Shown: positions 11,610-24,106, counted from the first letter of the whole stretch. The stretch is DNA of 63,989 nt, filler included, from Olpidium bornovanus S191 (GCA_017911155.1; 27 parts of 27 records of this genome joined end to end with filler, not necessarily neighbours in it), one strand, 5' to 3'. Notes: generated by a model from the sequence alone, not told the origin. Made by a program: numbers and translations.

Positions 11610-12865
11610 ATGAGCCCTGTGGACGAAAATAGGCCGTCGGGCGGCTCCTCTCCGGTGTTGGCCGTGCCTGTGGTTCTGGAGAGCAAGGACTCTGAGGTCA
11701 CGCGGACCTTGACCATCTCCCTCGGCACTACGATCGGCAAGCTGTGGGAGGAAGGTGGCTTTGGAACCGCCGCCGGTCTCGGGGCGCACCGAGCTTGGTT
11801 GTGCCTGGGCCCGGCTCCAGTGTACGTACCGCTTCTGCCGGAGTTGGACGTCTTCGATATAGCCCAGTGTTTCCGACGAGCACGTACGCCGAATCACGCT
11901 CTTCCGTGCGTCGGAAGACCCATCGTCGGCGAGCGCGCCGGAGCTTTCCCGAGCGAAGCTCCCTGCGACTCCAGCTGTGTCGTCCCCGCGCCTGGCTCGT
12001 GCGCGAAATGCCGCCAATTCCGAAAGTGAAGATGCGGGCGGCACGGCGAAAGCCGTGGTTAACGACGTTGAACCCTTCACGCAAGAGAAGGTCTCGGACT
12101 TGGACCTTTATTCTCTCGTTGAGCTTCCCGTCGACGACGGAATGGTGGTCGCTGTCCACCTGGAAAGCATGAAGGAGTTCGTTCACGTGGAGCAGCGGAA
12201 GGGGACATCACTGTTCGATATAAGCCTCCGTGTCGTAGATAACTTCGGCCGTTCACTGTCGATCGCGCTGTGCCTAAACGTCTGGGTGTCACACCTCCTG
12301 CGTGCCAACGTTCTTGGAGAGAGAATTTGGCCTATGTTTCTTGGCCGTCGAAGCTGAAAACAGGTACCACAAGGCACTTCTAGACCTTCACGGCGATCCG
12401 CTGACCTTAAAAGGCGTCAAGTTCCTTTACTTTGACGCTGCCAAGACCGGCGCGGACCCCAAGCTCCGCAAGGACCGCCACGACCGGGCGCAGACCGCCG
12501 TCGCGTTTGTCAGCCCGATATATTTCCCGCAAAAGCGCTCGCGGGATTTTTTGTTAAATTTCCCGACTGCCGCCGGGGTTGCGTACCCCGCGCTCTTCGG
12601 CGAAGCATTCGAAGCGCGTGTTAAGGAACGCTCGGCTTGTACCGGCCACGAGCTGGCTCCTATGCTCAAGGCGCTGTTCAAACTGGACTATGTTCGCGTT
12701 GACGAGGATTACGAATTGTTCAATACATACTGGAAGTCGCTGTCACCCGAGGAACGGGCGGACATGCAATCAGCGCCCAGCGACTACACCCCGCCGCGGC
12801 TGGGTAAAGGAAAGGGCCGATCAGGAGTCTGGCCGTTTGGTTCCTACCAAATGTGCACTTCGTGA
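11610..12865 (+). pseudogene. Frameshifted ORF of unknown function (possible ubiquitin-like N-terminal header plus globular C-terminal domain)
   Basis: Three overlapping protein-like frames (11610-about 11875, about 11876-12300, about 12300-12865). Removing one C at about 11872 joins AQCF to DEHVRRITLF; a second frameshift is needed at about 12280-12350. No obvious splice signals. Confidence 0.45.
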
Positions 12866-13228
12866 CATGTATTGTTTTTTTAAACAAATCAGTGCAGACG
12901 GTTTTTTAATTTATATCACTGCATTTGAGTCAGCGGAAATTCAGGGCCTTCTGTACGTTGCTTTGTCCACTGTGTCCAGTGCATTCATCGCCTGATGTGC
13001 AAACTGCGGCTGTCAACCATACCCCTTTTTATCAAGGAAGGCATTGTGGGTAAAATTGACGGAGCGCAAGCTTTAATAGTATACACCCTTGCTCTGGGGT
13101 TGAATAAATTGTGTTTGTTCAGGTCATGNNNNNNNNNNNNNNNNNNNNNNNNNNNNNNNNNNNNNNNNNNNNTTAATTAATTAANNNNNNNNNNNNNNNN
13201 NNNNNNNNNNNNNNNNNNNNNNNNNNNN

Positions 13229-13939
13229 CCATGCCGGCTGCCAGTATTCTGGATGGAACCCGGTAATGCTGAGACATATTTTCTTGTTGAGGGAGAAGCG
13301 GCCGTTCGGCTGTGAAAAATGCGCTCGGCCCGACCGTCAGACTTCGCTGAATCCCACCACCGAGGATTACGGGCACCGCTCTGTCCGTCTGCAAGGTCGG
13401 GTTTTCGCGGGCGTGCGCACCCACCGTCAGCAGAATAATGGACGGCGGTTTGAATGGGTACTCTTGCGGAAGGATGATTTTCCCGTGGTACCTGGTGCGA
13501 GCCGAGTTACGGTGGGCGGCGTACCCGGATTTCAGCGGTCCCTTTTTCTTTTCTCTTCCCGACGACAGCCGAACCTTATCTCCCACCACCCACACCCCAC
13601 ACCCCACAGCCGCCGACGCCGGTCAGGCACAGGCACACGCACTTGCCGCCTTCGAACTCCGTCCCGCGCGGCCCTCGGACGGTAAAGTGCCACTCGAAAA
13701 GGTTATCCTGCGTCCGATTTAGCCCCGCCGCAGAGTTCTAGTTAGCACCGAATTCCTCCCAACACCCCGCTCCCACCTTCCCCATCACACACCAGCTAGA
13801 CGTTGACGAGACAAGTAGAAAAAAAAAGCGTCGACGGCGAGTACCTCGAGCGGCGCGGCGTCGTAGTCCCTGAAAGCGCCGGTTTCGGCGTTCTTCTCCC
13901 GCTCCAGCTGCAGGATCTCCTTCGCAAGCCGCTTCACAG
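13229..13939 (-). CDS. UBC6: Ubiquitin-conjugating enzyme E2, Ubc6/UBE2J family, partial, at least 4 exons
   Basis: Spliced: KRLAKEILQLERE...YDAAPLE | DNLFEWHFTVRGPRGTEFEGGK | YHGKIILPQEYPFKPPSIILLT | ...RFSLNKKICLSITGFHPEYWQPA, including the UBE2J-type catalytic KICLS motif. Confidence 0.93.
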
Positions 13940-13961
13940 CTGAGGGAACGCGGACGCCCGT

Positions 13962-13992
<31 letters not shown>

Positions 13993-14548
13993 GGGGGGGG
14001 GGGGGGGGGGGGGGGGGGCGGGGGGGGGGGGGGGGGCGGGGGGGAAGGGGGGGGGAATGGGGGGGGGGGAAGGGCGGTGAGGCGCCGAGCTGCGGAGTTT
14101 CGGGGAGAGGGAGAGAAGGGTAGAGAAGAGGCCGCGACTCGACGGGCGCGCCCGCGACGCCGCCCGCGTTTTTCCGCGGGAAACGTTTTTTTTCTTTTTT
14201 CTTTCCCTGTTCAGACTTTACTGACCGGTGCTTGCTTTGATCACCATCGCGGAAAACGTACGTCGTCGTCTTCCCTTGGCAGCGCCGCCGAAGGGGAAGG
14301 GGAAAAGGGGGGGGGGGCACGGGGGGGGACCGACCCGCCCGCCCGCTCGGTCGCTGGGGAGGGGAGGGATCCCGGAGTTATCGGGGTGGGGTTCGGGGCG
14401 TGCGTGCCAGGGCGGGCGAAGGGGAGGCGGCGTCGGCGTAGGCGGAGGCGGAGAGCGGCGGAGGCCGGAGACGGCGGCGGAGAGCGGCGGGCCGCCGGGG
14501 CGGGCGGAAAAAAAGCCGGGGTGAGAAAAACGATTTCCGGAGGATTTC

Positions 14549-14624
<76 letters not shown>

Positions 14625-14740
14625 GGGNNNNNNNNNNNNNNNNNNNNNNNNNNNNNNNNNNNNNNNNNNNNTTAATTAATTAANNNNNNNNNNNNNNNNN
14701 NNNNNNNNNNNNNNNNNNNNNNNNNNNTGACCATATACGG

Positions 14741-14750
14741 GTCACGTGAC
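14741..14750. promoter_or_regulatory. Palindrome GTCACGTGAC (extended E-box); also at 16274, 44958, 45771, 58701 and 58796
   Basis: Six exact copies in the window, all outside recognised exons. Confidence 0.6.
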
Positions 14751-17394
14751 AAAAATTATGCGCACGAACCACAAACGCTCTCCAACCACCCGCATTGGGT
14801 GCCCATCTGATCTCCGCCGGGTCGTGGTGTTGAGCCATTTCTGCATGCGCCGCCCCTCCGCATTTCCCTGCATGCACAATTCCTCCCACGAGTGTCCGGC
14901 GTCTTTACTCCTGAGCCTTTTCTGGCTACATGTTCAGCCGTCGTCGGCACTCGTTTCCGTTTTCCTGTTCTATCTCGGCTCTCCCCTCATGCTTTCCAAC
15001 GAAAAGAACAAACCATGTCTTCTACCTCAATGTCACCACCACCAGCAGCAGGCCCCACACCGTCGCCACCAAGCCCCTGGCGGCAGATCGCTCGAACCAT
15101 CTGCAAACTCCGGTAGAAACGAGAGCCACATGGTGGCCCAGAAGGCGAACCAAACGATTGGTTTTTGCCCTTTTTCACCTCAAGCACAGGCTGCTGCGAC
15201 CGACTGCTTTGCTGTCCCAGAGAGCAAATGGCGTTTGTGCATTGTTTGAGCCACGGGCTGTAGGGTCGTTTCTGTTCGTTTGAATTGGAATTGCTGACCA
15301 ACTGCAGTTTGCTGGAGCACTTGGATGTCATGAAAGTTTTGACGTTCATTGTCATCCGTCCCCTTATGACAGCCGGTACGGCTATCCGCTCCAAGTTTTA
15401 TGGTTCTTGAACCGGGACTTTTAACTTCCCCTATATAAGACTTACGGTAAACGCGTTGAAAACGGAGAAACATTGAGAATTTAGAATCTGATTGTCTGCG
15501 TCCATCCATGAATCATCCCTCTGATTGCCTTGGTGAGTATTCTTGATGAAGGTTGGAACAGACACGATGCCCATGGCTGCGTGGTGCTTGGTGAATTTGG
15601 CAGTTCAAAGTCCCTTCGTCAAGACGTAGACGTTTTTAGCGAAAGCTGCTGCTAGCTCCATGCATACCCCAAGATGTCAGAATCTCAATGTGTTTGCTTC
15701 TGCCGATTTGATCAGTGTCCTTCGTAATTTCAATGGCACCGCAACTAACGCTATGGAGAATGGTCGGGGCAAGGCCGGCTGTCAAAGATGCCAGCAACGA
15801 TCTGCCGGAGGTGGGCGATCTGCCGGCCGCACTCGCTTGCGGCGATCATTCTGATTCTGTGGGACGTGGGCTGCTTCCAAGAGCACTCAGTTGACGGCAG
15901 AGAGCCCTAACGAGCGAGGTAGCCAGTAATTAATGCGCTTTCCCTTGCGGCCGGCGGCTTCCATCGAGCGGGAATAAAGAACCAATAGGCCAACAAACGG
16001 TGACCAACGAATTTTTATTCCCTACAAACGAAGCTTGTCGGAAGGCCTCCAGCGCGACTTTCGTGTGCCAGGGTTACCCTAGTATTTTCCGTGAAAAGCA
16101 TAATTGAGTTCTCTGTACCGAGATTCTCATCGGTTGTTTAGGCGAGTCGCAAACAGGTTGTTTTTGGTTCGGCAAAACATTTGGTGAGAACCTCTCTGGG
16201 TCTTATCTAGACCAGACAAAAAGAGGCTCGTGGGAGGGCGGGACCGCCGCCACCGGCACCCTTGCGGACCAGGGTCACGTGACCCGGACCCAACCCCCCG
16301 CAATAAACCCCCGAGCCCTCCCGGAAACCCCGCGTGTGCAACCCGCCCGCCAACGCACTCCGCGATGGGACCCGCGCAGAGACAAGCGAGACGGAGGGGC
16401 CAACCAGCAACCATGGGAGCCGACCGCGGGACGGCCCGCGCGGTGTCGGCGATAGATTCGCGCCGCCCCGCTTCGATTCGTAGACCCCTCACCCGCTGTC
16501 GATTCAGGTCGCGTTCTTCTCGATAGCGCACGTGACCCGGTGTGCCCTCTAAAAGACGCGCGCTGCGCGAACCGATTCCAAACCCCCTCGCTCGACGAAA
16601 CAAAAGAAGAAAGAAAAAAAACAAACGAAATAAGCTCGCCGTCCTCGTCGCGGCCGTCGGGCCCGTTCACTGCGTTTTTTTTTACCCCCGTCGGGGGGTT
16701 TCCGTCCGAGCAGGGGGGGCGTCGGCTGCCTGCTCGGATCCAGCGGCGTCGGCTGCTGCAGGCGGGGATCGGTGTGCGGGATCGGCGGGGGACGCGCTCC
16801 GCGACAGATCGATCGCTGCTCACGGGCACGGCGCGCCTCGTGAACTAACGGAATCTCCCAGACCCCCTGCGAGCCCGGAGCCGGCTTTGCCTAACTCTCG
16901 TCGCACCGGACCGGTCCGCTAGTCCGGCAGGTCGGATCGGTGCCGAGAGCGGTGCGCCCCAAAGAAGATGATAGCAGGATGGAACCCGCGTGGACGCCTG
17001 CCAAGACCAGCGCGGACGACCGCTAGGATCCGCGCGGACGCCTGTGAAGCACTGCGTAACGCAGCGTGGCGCTCAGCGCGCGCCGTCGCATAAATTGCGC
17101 CCATCCCTTCCCTTCTCCGTTGTACCTAGCTCGTTCCTCGGCTTGCCCGCTCACCCGTACTTTACTTCCGCTCGTGTACCTTACACGTAGTCAACTCGAA
17201 ACTTGAATACAACGTCTCTTATTCCGCGACCTCCTTCGGCAAAAGGACCTGACAACGACATAAGAAGTGCAACCCCACAGTACACGATGACTGCACCCTT
17301 ATTCTCTGCTCACCCTTGCCCCCTTCCCCCCTTTACACAAGCCACGTGCAGTACCCGAAAAAAAAAAGCGAAAATAGTACTAGTTAAAATTTGT

Positions 17395-17600
17395 ATTAAC
17401 TTCACTCCAAACCTGATCATTTGCCACCAGCAAAGGGATCAAAGTAAAATATTGTGAAACTCCGAGTTTCAAACTCGGCAGCACTTGGCAAGGGCTTTCC
17501 AACAAGCCAAAGCGCTGCCAGATCTGATCACAGGATGCTGAAAACGCAGTACCCGGGAAAAAGCGTGAAAATAATACTTAATTCTTAAAAGTTTTGAGGT
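17395..17600. repeat. Single unit of the ~184-bp satellite family
   Basis: CCAAACCTGATCATTTGCCACCAGC...GCTGCCAGATCTGATCACAGGATGCTG matches the units at 18330-18644 and 48947-49720. Confidence 0.8.
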
Positions 17601-18329
17601 AATCCAAAATAGACCGCCTCAATTGACAATGGGTATGATGCAGCATGAAGCTACGCCAAACTACCACCCTCTATCGAGTGCTCCGGTTAAGGCTGGATCC
17701 AGCCGTCAGGATGCTCTAATCACCAATGTGATCCAAGCTTCCAACCACCAATATGATCCAAGTCCAATAAACGACCTAATCGCCACGCGTCCGCTTAAGC
17801 ACCTTAAAAGCTCCTTATTAAAAACGATCAGAGATCGAGGAACAGGCGTCGGTAATGGGAATTCTATGTTGTGGGATTGTGGATTCTCGTGCTATTTATA
17901 CCCGTGGGCTCCCCCTTTATTTTATGTTGCCTGCCGGTGATTATTCCCTCTATTTTATGGGTTTCGATCCCCTTCTATCCTCGCTCCATCTCCCCCTTTT
18001 GTTCCATCTAGGGGCGACATCCTGAATCCAATCCCAGGTGCTTTGGTTGCAGTTTTCCCCCTTTGCCCTCCTTTTGGAGGATTTTCCCGTCTACGGAAGA
18101 TTTTCTATCTATGGGCCCGAGCGTCACCCACCCCTTTAATTGTGCGTCTAGGTGGCGCCCGCCCCCCCTTGATTCTGCCTTGGAATCCTGCATCCTGGTG
18201 GCAGCATTGGCGATCCGCAATCCGCCATTCAGTCCCCAAGTGGCGCGCTTTCCTTGCCGCCTTTCTCGCTGGTGTATCTGACGGCGGTCATGTGATGCGC
18301 TGGCGAAACTTTTTAACACTAAAAGTATT

Positions 18330-18644
18330 CACTTCACCCCAAACCTGATCACTTGCCATCAGCAAAATGGACATATGTGGAAAATTTTGAAACTCGACAC
18401 GTTTATAGTACTCCGCGAGGACTTTTCAAAGCCAGACCGCTGCCAGATCCGACCACAGGATGTTGAGAACACAGCACATGAAGAAAAGACGCGATAGTAG
18501 TACTAATAGTATTCACTCTACCCCATGCCTGATCACTTGCCACCAGCAAAAGAGACCAAAGTGGAAAATTTTGAAACTTGGCACGCTTATAGTATTCAAC
18601 GAGTACTATCAAAACAAGCTAAACCAGAGCCAGACCTGATTACA
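18330..18644. repeat. ~184-bp satellite, about 1.7 units, running into the contig end
   Basis: Anchor CCTGATCACTTGCC at 18344 and 18528 (spacing 184). Confidence 0.88.
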
Positions 18645-18744
18645 NNNNNNNNNNNNNNNNNNNNNNNNNNNNNNNNNNNNNNNNNNNNTTAATTAATTAA
18701 NNNNNNNNNNNNNNNNNNNNNNNNNNNNNNNNNNNNNNNNNNNN

Positions 18745-20115
18745 CATGCCATCAACTTTTCTCAGCGCGCGGCGCAACGCGTCGGCGGACAGTTGCTGTC
18801 GGGGAGAAGGCCCGCCTCGGTTTAGACAGCGCGCGGGCTCCGCAACGACAGCACCGGCCTGACCGCGCCACTCAGAAACAATCTCTGCGCCATCAAGGAG
18901 CAACCTTTGGGTCCTTAAACAGATCTTCGGGGTCCAGGCCGTGGAAGATCCAACTGAAGATTTCAAGCACAAGGACGTTGTACTGCGCGTACTGCTCCTC
19001 GTCGGAGGACGAAGCGAAGGTGAGAACGAGGTCGAGAACGGACTCGCGCTCCATGCGGACGACCAGTTCCTCTTGGAGAAACGATTGGCGAAGCTGCTCG
19101 CCGGAAACGGCAGCCGAGGCTTCCGGGGCCGGAATGGCCAGGAGGTTGCGGACAAGGCTCAGGCCCAGGCGAATTATCCCGTCGCTCCGCGCCGTCCTCG
19201 CACTGACAAGCGTGGTAAACAAACGTGGCGTGAGAGGAGAAAGATTCAGTTTTGCGCGTTGTCCCTGGCACTGCTACCGCGTCACCGCTTCCGCCGTTCC
19301 ATTTCGTCCTACTGGCTGGGAAGCGAGAGGGCCACCAGCATGGTCTGCACCACGCTGCTGAGGACACCATTTTCCTGCAGAACCTCCTTGTAGTCTCTTA
19401 AAATGTCGAGCTGTCCTTCCGGGTTGTCCGTGCTTTTGTCTACCGGCCATGTGAGAGGTACGAGCAGTTCCACTGTTGTTTGGTTCGAGACAAAGCGGAA
19501 CGTCAGTTGGAACGACCCTGCGCACTCCGTAACTCGAAACAAAGAGACCCTTTTCCGCCTCCCGTGCGAGAAACTGCCGGGCTATACGTACCCACCGCCT
19601 GGGCAGTCCTCTCCGCTCGCTCGTTCCGCTTCCCCATCGCTTCCGCCTCTTTGGCCAGCCTGGTATTGAGCAGCAGGATCGGGACCAGATCCTTGCGAAG
19701 AATTCCCCATTTTCCGAGGGCGAAGAAGAGTAACCGCCGCGGCGACTTGCTGTCGAAGCGCAGATACCGCTTCAGATCCCTTAAACATTCTTCCGGGACG
19801 CGCAGGGATGAGCATTGCGTAAAGTCGTTTTTTTTTTTTTTCGTTTCCGCGCCTCGTTTCGAACCCGGACCCACGGCGAACTTTATGGGCGGGCGTGCGT
19901 GCGGAGCAGCAAGTCGAATCGACGGCAAAGTCTCTCTCACCGAGACACTCGTCCCCCATGACGTATCGGAGCACCTTCCTCTTCTTCCGCGCCGCGGCCG
20001 GGGATCCTCCTTCCCCGTCCGCGACCGGCGGCGACGGTTGCGGATGCTCCGCCTCCTCCTCGAACCCGCCCAGGGCCGAGCACACGGACAGCACGTGCGG
20101 CACGACCTCCTCGTC
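18745..20115 (-). CDS. TOF1: Tof1/Swi1/Timeless replication fork protection factor, N-terminal exons
   Basis: HVLSVCSALGG...YVMGDECL | ECLRDLKRYLRFD...RRLLFFALGKWGILRKDLVPILL | VELLVPLTWP...DYKEVL | DGIIRLGLSLVRNLLAIP...VLVLEIF match Timeless N-terminal domain motifs. Confidence 0.92.
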
Positions 20116-20215
20116 NNNNNNNNNNNNNNNNNNNNNNNNNNNNNNNNNNNNNNNNNNNNTTAATTAATTAANNNNNNNNNNNNNNNNNNNNNNNNNNNNN
20201 NNNNNNNNNNNNNNN

Positions 20216-22800
20216 AGTTCTGCTTTGGACTGATGGTAGATCAATAACGGTTTCGGTTCAGTGTCGGACGTTAAGGTTATCTCGTGTTCAGCGGTCGAAG
20301 AAAGATTTGAAATGGCAGGCAACTTGTCGGGCATGACGCCGGGAAATCTGAGTAAAAGGGCTTTGTAATGTTGTCGGAGCTGGTCCAACATGCCGGCGAG
20401 TTTGTGTCCCAACCGCTCGACGAGTGTTCCTTGAGGGGGCTCTAACTCGAGCGGGTTCTGTGCTTGTCCCTTGGTATGAAATTCAGCAATTTCAGTCTCC
20501 AAGTCCGTACAGATTGCCAAAGCGGCCAAGGTCTCGGATGGAAATACAAAAAAGCTTCCTGGCCTGCCTTTCGTAAAGCCCGTCCGGCTTCCCGTTTGGA
20601 CATGGTCGAGGCTTCTGGAAGGGATTGTGATTGTCGTACGGCTTCCGGGGGCAGTGCAGCAAAGCGGCGTCCATCAGCGGGCGTGAAAGAAAGGTTTGTC
20701 CACTTGATGCGCGGGTTGTATTTCCGCAACCACGGCATGCCACAGATCGTGTCGTATGCAATCTCTTTGCTGATTAAAAATGTTGTGTCGAATTGCCAGG
20801 GATGCCCATCAACATCCTGTAAGCGGGCTGTGACGGTGGCAGTACTCGTCGGTCCACTGGCGGGTCCGTCTGCAAAGCGTAAGCAAGTCTTGGTGGGGGT
20901 CGACGTCAGCCCGTTGGCAAATCGGGAGTGGAGAAGGTTGCCCGCGGAACCACAGTCCAGTAAGACGGTGGCGTTGCGGTTGTTGACCTTTCTGGGTCTA
21001 ATCATTAAAGGACTTTCGAGTGTATGCGAGTAAGGTGCAATTGAACTTGTGATAGCATTACGGCTGACAACAAGGCATTCTGTCTCGCCTGTTTCCTGCG
21101 GTGATTCGGTCAAAGAGGTGTTCAAAAGCTCGGTAACGGTAGTTGGAGTTCCAGTGGGGTGGGAAGGCGCCGAGGCCGAGGTCGGCGTCGCTATCAGTTT
21201 TTTGAAAGCGCATGATGGCCATCTTGACATTCCTTCTTGCGAGGGCACTCGCGGGACATGCGGTCAGCGTCCAATTCACGACAATACAGACACCCTTTAT
21301 GCTCCAGCAAGAACGCGTGTAGGGGGCCTGTCAGGCGCCGAAACAGTTTAAAGTCATCACAATTCTCCTTCGTAATCCTGGGTTTCGGGTTTGTCTTTCT
21401 GTCCTCATTATTTTTTGGAGTTCGTTTCCGGAGGGAAACGTGTCGCTTGGTGTTAACGGCGCCAATCTCCATGGGCGTCGGCCCGTCATGCGACTTCAAG
21501 GTGTGCCATCTGTCTTTTCCTTGATGACACTGGCGATCAATCTCGCCTTTACCTCGTTGACGTTGACGGTCAATCTGGTCAAGCTCCTCCGCGGTGGAAA
21601 CGGCTTCAGCAAAGGACGAGATCTTCATGACGCGGAGGTCCCGCTTGTGCTGTGGCACGGCCTTAGCCCCGACCGTCGCCCTACGCCAAGGAGGAAGCCA
21701 CGGAGGGCGGTGGCGGGCGGGAAGCGGAGGAGGGGACAAGACGGCCCGGGCCCCGACCAATGGGATAATTCCCCCCCTCTGAGCCCACCAATAGAAGAGC
21801 CCCCCCTCCCACAATATCGCCACACGTGGGAACCCACCGCCAACCACACCACCCCCCCTGGTACTGCCCCGCACGCAACGGCGCGCGCGTACGGAGCCCC
21901 GCGTGGGGACCACAACCGCGTGGAAGCAACCGCGTCAGCGGGCGAGCAAAGACCGACTCGAATGACGTCCTGTCCCGCTCGGCCTCGCCGAGCATAAATA
22001 GCGCTCGTCTCGCTCCGTAGCTCCGTCCCCTCACCGACTCGACCCAAAAGCTCCGGCAGACCCGCAACCCCTAGTTCACAGTTCTTCTTTCTTACCTGTG
22101 AGCGCGTCACCATACCCGTAGTATACGAACCTGATGTAGTAAATAAAAGAGACTTGAACCTTGCCGCAGTACACAGCTGCAGAGTCTCGCTCAGCCCACG
22201 CTTGTATGTGTAGTATGTGTAGTATTTGTCTGTCTCAGACAAGTCGGGGATCAGTTGCGTGAGGTGCCAGAACTTTTCTGTGTAGCGCTTTACAGATCCT
22301 TTCTGCTCAAGCTTGGCTAGCGCTCTCCGGGCGTTCTCTTCTTCGAGTGGGTCTCCCCATCTGTGTGTAAAGATCTGTTCAAATTCAGCATATGTGGCAA
22401 TCGGAGGAAGGCTTTGAAACCACGCCGCAGCATCGTCCGCGAGTAAGGCGCTCATGGCTACCACTTGGGCAGCAGTGTCGAGCCTCATGTATGGCGAGTA
22501 TTGCCTGAACTGCGTAAGAAAGTTGCGAACGTGGTGCGGGCGGCGGTCCCTGCCAGTAAACGGCTTGAGCGTATCCTGGATCAGCTTGGCTACGGTACGA
22601 TCCGAATCCGAAGGGAGGGCATCGCGTAATGCTTGTTGCGCAGTGTGCGCCGAGGCTCTGGCTAGAAGCAGTTCCCGTTTTTTCTGGAGGTTGGCCAGCT
22701 GTCCTTGAAGCTGTTGAACGTATGCTTGGTAATCTGCTAACGCTTGGGGAACACGTGTACTGGTCAGGTGGCCATCGTCTCCGGGAGGGGGCATTGTCAA
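20216..22800 (-). mobile_element. Degenerate Ty3/gypsy LTR retrotransposon: gag, Zn-knuckle-like motif, aspartic protease, start of RT
   Basis: Gag: LKPFTGRD...RNFLTQF...LLADDAAAWFQSL...YAEFEQIFTHRWGD...ARRALAKLEQKGSVKRYTEKF...YKRGL, resumed by SFAEAVSTAEELD...GPTPMEIGAV...GCLYCRE. Protease NATVLLDCGSAGNLL...ICGMPWLRKYNPRIKW. Pre-RT HEITL...P...Y. Several frameshifts. Confidence 0.93.
21670..22193 (+). mobile_element. Solo LTR (about 524 bp) inserted antisense into the gypsy gag
   Basis: Flanked by direct repeat AGCCC (21665-21669 and 22193-22197), read either as a 5-bp TSD or a 4-bp TSD plus terminal CA. Ends CGA...TCA; contains two CCAAT motifs, CATAAATA (about 21992) and AATAAA (22142). 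Gag homology stops and resumes at these boundaries. Confidence 0.8.
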
Positions 22801-22859
22801 ACATCACCTGTTCCGAAGACTCGACAGCTGTGTTCCGAGGTGATGGTTCCGCGGCGAGC

Positions 22860-23590
22860 AGAATGGTCTCGGATGGCGGCGGGGGGCGGCGGCGGCAGTG
22901 AGCGGCCTTGCTTTTTCTTCCGCGGTCAGCGGAAGGTGGGTCCTCCGCGGTCAGCGGAAGGTGGGTCCTCCGCGGTCAGCGGAAGGTGGGTCCTCCGCGG
23001 TCAGCGGATGGTGGCGGCGGCGGCGGTGCGCGGCCGGTAAGCGGCGGCGGCGGTGCGCGGCCGGTAAGCGGCGGCCGCGGCGGCGGCGGCGGTAAGCGGC
23101 CGGTGAGCGGCCTGTGAGCGGTGGCAATGCGCCGCCGGTGGCGATGGCGGCGGCGGCGGCGCTGAGCACCCGGTGAGCGGCGGCGGCGGCGGCGCTGAGC
23201 AGCCGGTGACCGGCGGCAGCGGCGGCGGTGAGCGGCCGGTGAGGGTCCGGTGAGGGGCCGGTGAGCGGCGGCGATGAGCGGCCTTTTCTTCTGCGGTCAG
23301 CGGATGGCGGTGGCGGCGGCGGTGAGTGGCCGGTGAGCGGCGGTGGCGGCGGCGGTGAGCGGCCAGTGAGGGGCCAGTGAGGGGCCGGTGAGCAGCGGCG
23401 ATGAGCGGCCTTTTCTTCCGCGGTCAGCGGAAGGTGGGTCTTCCGCAGTCAGCAGATGGCGGGGGTGAGTGGCCGGTGAGGGGCCGGTGAGGGGCCGGTG
23501 AGCCGCGGCGATGAGCGGCATTTTCTTCCGCGGTCAGCGGAATGTGGGTTTTCCGCGGTCAGCGGATGGCGGCGGCGGCGAGCGGCGGCT
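22860..23590. repeat. GC-rich degenerate tandem repeats upstream of gag (CCGCGGTCAGCGGAAGGTGGGTCCT x3, GCGGCCGGTGAG units)
   Basis: Exact 25-nt unit repeated at about 22920-23000, with many variant GGCCGGTGAG/GGCGGCGG units downstream. Confidence 0.85.
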
Positions 23591-23699
23591 GTGGAAGGTC
23601 TTTTTACGCGTTATGTGGGGTATGTGTAAGGGTACAGGTATGGGTACAGGTATGGGTACAGGAAGGGGGGGGTGGGGGGTGGAAGTGGGGAGTAGGAGA

Positions 23700-24006
23700 T
23701 ACGCGTTTGGCTACAGCACAGCACACCTTTAATCGTGGTATCGCACCCCTCTCCGCTTTGAACAACACATGCAACATTCGAGACGACGTCGCCTTGGATT
23801 TACGTGATCTACACACTCTGGGATGTACTGCCATTATCCATCTGCCAAAAGACGAGTGTGAGCATAAACTCGCCTCCGCAGGTCGCATGGTCGTCTACTT
23901 GGGCCCTGCTGGCGTCTCCAAAGGATTTCGTTTTTGGGACCTGCTCGACAACATTGTCCTCAAACGTCGAGATGCCATTTTCCACGAAGACGCGTCATAC
24001 TCTCCA
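23700..24006 (+). mobile_element. Ty1/copia retrotransposon fragment (integrase C-terminus and retroviral SH3-like segment)
   Basis: ATAQHTFNR...LHTLGCTAIIHLPKDECEHKL...VYLGPAGVSKGFRFWD...RRDAIFHED matches copia TAxYLxNR...FGCxAYVHIP...KL...KGYR...SRDVxFDE. Confidence 0.85.
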
Positions 24007-24106
24007 NNNNNNNNNNNNNNNNNNNNNNNNNNNNNNNNNNNNNNNNNNNNTTAATTAATTAANNNNNNNNNNNNNNNNNNNNNNNNNNNNNNNNNNNNNN
24101 NNNNNN

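Noticed and set aside
13640-13650. Possible GC-AG intron in UBC6 (GAAGGCG|GCAAGT)
   Set aside because: A canonical GT donor a few bases on (GGC AA|GTGCGT) restores EGGK-YHGK.
15690-15730. Minus-strand GRSKHIEI resembling the copia RNase H motif RTKHID
   Set aside because: Flanking residues do not fit RNase H and stops follow quickly.
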